From the NCBI GenBank assembly GCA_032718475.1, contig JAUCBJ010007883.1, forward strand, positions 20,503 through 84,502: a stretch of 64,000 nt of DNA, in the 5' to 3' direction. Of this stretch, positions 60,601 to 64,000 are shown piece after piece. The position numbers and the translations under genes are program-made. The notes beneath the pieces were generated by a model, which did no database searches, was not told where the DNA came from, and saw only the letters and a program-made list of their open reading frames with translations. Source of the DNA: Nemertoderma westbladi (taxonomy: Eukaryota > Animalia > Xenacoelomorpha). Each line of letters opens with the position of its first letter. The first letter of the stretch is position 1.

Positions 60601-61617
60601 AGCCACTGCGGTTTGTACGACGGTGTGATGTGTCGGTATTCCGCTGACGTCATCGCTTGTAACTTCATTAAGGCAGCCGCATCGGCCTTACGCCGTCGTC
60701 TTCGTCGTTTGTACTTCCGGATTATCGTCTCGCACAGCTGATCGTAGTCGCATTCAGGGTCGCTACGTTCTCTACGCGTCTCTAACTGCTCGTCCAATGA
60801 GACGGCACCACGTCGCGAGAGTTTAACTTTCTGAGGGGAAACTCTGACTCCGGACTTATAGAAGACGGCCCTGGGAGAGGTCGTTGACCCTTCCGATTTC
60901 GGTTTCGGGTTGATCTTCTCTTTCTGTTTGGGTTTCGACACTTTCTCGGGCCTCGCATTGTCTGCGGAACCGCTTTTCCTCGATGTGGACGGTTTATTGT
61001 TCGCAATTGGCGGAGAGGGTTTTGGCTTTCGAGGAGATCTGACTTTTTTTGTTTTACTTGGGATTCGCGATAACTTTGACTCATCTGCTCGCGATATAGT
61101 TTGTACATCGTTTGAAGAAGTAACTGTATGTTTTGTGTTGCATGCAGTAAGTGGGGTGGGCGGTGGAGTTAATTGCGGGTAGATATTCGTATTCGAGTTA
61201 CTTGCTGGATGGGTTGCCTTCAGGGGGGTGGGTTGGGGATGGCAGGGAGGGCTGCAGGAAGGTAATACCGGTACTGAGTGGTCGAGCACTTGTCAACGAA
61301 GAGGATGATGTCGACGGAATTAGGGAGTCATCTTTTCGACGAGTAGGCGAAGTTGCTGATGGAATGGATTGAGGAGTCGGTACCGGTACCGGGTCGCCAG
61401 TCATTTGTACCGAGAAATCAAGAACAGTGCCAGTAGGCCGACCAGTAACGTTGGAACATTGATCGCGTGGAGTTGGAACCGGTAGCTCGTTGGTATTGGA
61501 TTCCGGAGATGAGTTGCTGTTAGACACAGACAATACAGCAGGGTTGGTTGTGTGCTGCTTTATCTGCCAGCTAGAGGCAGATAATGAATAGGTTGATCTC
61601 ATCGGTTGAGATGACAT
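57654..61617 (-). CDS. Large low-complexity, probably disordered protein of unknown function; two overlapping frames need a 1-nt correction or an intron near 61.2 kb
   Basis: A 3.6-kb open frame (57654-61289) has no early ATG. It overlaps an ATG-initiated frame (61617-61198). It is P/S/K/R-rich with basic NLS-like clusters. No family recognised. Confidence 0.6.
58362..58727 (-). repeat. 21-bp in-frame tandem repeat, about 17 copies, encoding (SLPVVAD)n
   Basis: GGTAGACTGTCTGCTACCACG units read directly. Confidence 0.95.
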
Positions 61618-64000
61618 GATAAAGTCGGCTAGATCAAATAATCCATACGATATACATGCCAATAACAGTTTAATTAAATAATTAATTAGTGATGTCTTTA
61701 TTTATATCATAATCAATATCAATAGCCAGGCCTATTGTAACAATAGCAATCAAATCTTAACATCAGGTACCGGTAATTAAATAAGCTGTGTTTAATCATA
61801 TACCATAAATCAGTAAATATAACGGATAGATTTTAATTCAGTTAACAAAACAATACAAGCAGACAAGAGACAAGGGTAGCGGTAATCTTAAATCTGTCTA
61901 GACTGCTATAGGTCTATGTTGACAAATAATAGGCCTTATAAAGGTATAATTATTGCCGACAATACTGCAATATACTAATGAATTGTATTGTTTAATTAAT
62001 TAATATTATTTGGTTTTATTTAACAAAAAATCACTGTAACCTTTTCTTCCCTCACTAAATTCTGCAATTTATATAGCAGTATACAGGTATACTGGTATAG
62101 CAACGATTCCAATGTGGAAAATATATCAGCTTAATACAGTAATATCAGTATATCTAACTACCGATACTCACTGAGCTGAGGTATGATGCATAAAAGTTGA
62201 TTAGGTCCTAATGAATGTAACGTAAGAATTACTGTATTATGATTCAGTGATTATAAAAGTATTTAATCAAAGTCTAGACAATATTATACATGATATAGGC
62301 AGAGCGGTTGCTACAATCATTTGATGTTCAACACTATACAACTATAGATAGGCAATAGCCAAATCTGAGAAATGTGTGAAAATATGACCAGTACCGGTAC
62401 CTGTACCTGCTATAATATATCAAAATGTACCAAGTCAACACGGTACCGAAATGCGACTCACTAATTAAATATATACATTTAATTTAATATGATACCTATG
62501 ATACCTACTAATTTATTTTACTGTTTTATGCCTAAATTCAGAAATTTCTGATATTTTTTTTGAGGTAAAAGATCTTCCTAATTCTATGCTTGAACTTCCA
62601 TCAGTACCGGTAGTAATGTTGCAACTTGCAATGCTCTCTCTTCAAATATAAATATGTATTATAATTTAATTAATTAATCCAATTAAAATTTGTTACAATT
62701 TAAATACATACCGGTAGTAAATAGGCCGACAAGTTGCTAAATCTCGTTATATGTATACTGCTGTATTGTGTGACAGTGTATTCCTACTGTTGAACAGCAT
62801 AAATTATGAGAAAACAGACAATAATTATATAGGTATCATCTAAACAAACTACACAATAAAAGGTAATGCACATAAATAACAAATAAAGGAATAGCGGTAG
62901 AGTTCCACTGCTTATTATTACCGCCTACCACTTACAAAATAACATAACAGGTGCTCAAGGATATTGTATGATTATCCATCAGCACGGTCGTCATAATGCG
63001 TAATATAACACCATTCTTTAGGAGTTACAATGGGGAATAAAGATTTCTGACTAAGATACTCAAATAGCATGAATTGCACTCTCACAACACATGCCCATGT
63101 TACAAAGCACACGGAGATATGGAGGATCAGCCAGTAAAGAGAAGAAAAGATATTTAACATTCAACCAACCAATAAGACAAGCACCAGCAGTGGTACGTCA
63201 ACCAAACAGATTACAGGCAACGAATTTACATAGAGTAGAGCACTATCACGCCATAACGCCGGCAGAGAAGCCTATTGCATTTACCATTGACGCACAAATA
63301 ATATATCCCTATGAATTACTCCCCAAGCACCCATGTCAGCACCAATTCTATGCCATTGATTAACCGCCTCAGGAATTCCCCCTTATCAATTTGTGTAATA
63401 ATCAGCCAATGGGGTAGCAAAGCGCGAAGGCAACTAACTCAGTCAACAATGAAGTTAACCAAGGCGTTGTTATAATGTTATACCCATAATTCGAAACCAG
63501 TTTAACTGTATCAAAGGGGAACCGGAAATAGGGAAGCTTGAAGCAATCTGCTTTCACCTCTCAGTGTTCCTATTATGGTGCAAGCAAAGAAACTTCATCT
63601 AATTGCGCTACGGGCAGTTATTAAAGCGCCCATTCAGAGTGGTAATAGGCTCGTACAAATCGATACTCATCTCAATAATTCATGAAAAAGGCTAAAGGCA
63701 AGCAATTCTTCGTGAGTAATACTTTTTCCACCCCAACTACGACAGCAGGCAGGCCAGTACAAGAAGGTAATAGTCGTGATTGGCTGTTTGTCCTATTTCT
63801 AAATTCCCGCAGGGCCGGCCACAGGGTAACTTGCTCTAAGCTTGATGAAGCTGGGCAGGGCAATGAATTGAAGGCAAACAGTTCAGATAATACGCCCGTT
63901 GATTGAATTGAAAACGGCAGGTAATGTAAATCAATTCAGTAGGAATACCATTAGCTAATCAATTAGAAACTCCTGGTAGGCCTATATGGCATAAGGTGAC

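Noticed and set aside
58292-60741. Plus-strand ORFs overlapping the orphan gene, and those overlapping QARS1, LMAN2 and ABCB6
   Set aside because: These are expected antisense or alternate-frame ORFs in GC-rich coding DNA, with no independent motifs.
62960-63940. Slightly GC-richer segment with short ORFs
   Set aside because: No recognisable motif in any frame; possibly an old TE, but unsupported.

Overview
This is a eukaryotic, almost certainly animal, genomic window. It is AT-rich and repeat-dense, with unusually intron-poor housekeeping genes: a short CWC21/SRRM2-like gene, two tandem CCDC90/MCUR1-like paralogs, ABCB6 with one clear intron, LMAN2/VIP36, QARS1, a tRNA-Met and a large low-complexity orphan ORF. 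Repeats include three large satellites (48-bp, 32-bp and 28-31-bp units), an IS3EU-type DNA transposon and a matching MITE (TAY..RTA ends, 6-bp TSDs), hAT/Harbinger/Kolobok-like non-autonomous elements, SINEs, and RTE/CR1 LINE fragments. The most notable region is 27.3-33.9 kb. There, a 270-bp inverted-repeat-flanked unit carries an intact minimal type I hammerhead ribozyme. It lies directly upstream of, and in the same sense as, a near-intact CR1/L2-group LINE. The LINE ORF2 begins with about 340 open, hydrophobic codons separated from the endonuclease-RT by a 2A-like DIETNPGP motif. All assignments come from reading motifs by eye; no database searches were run.
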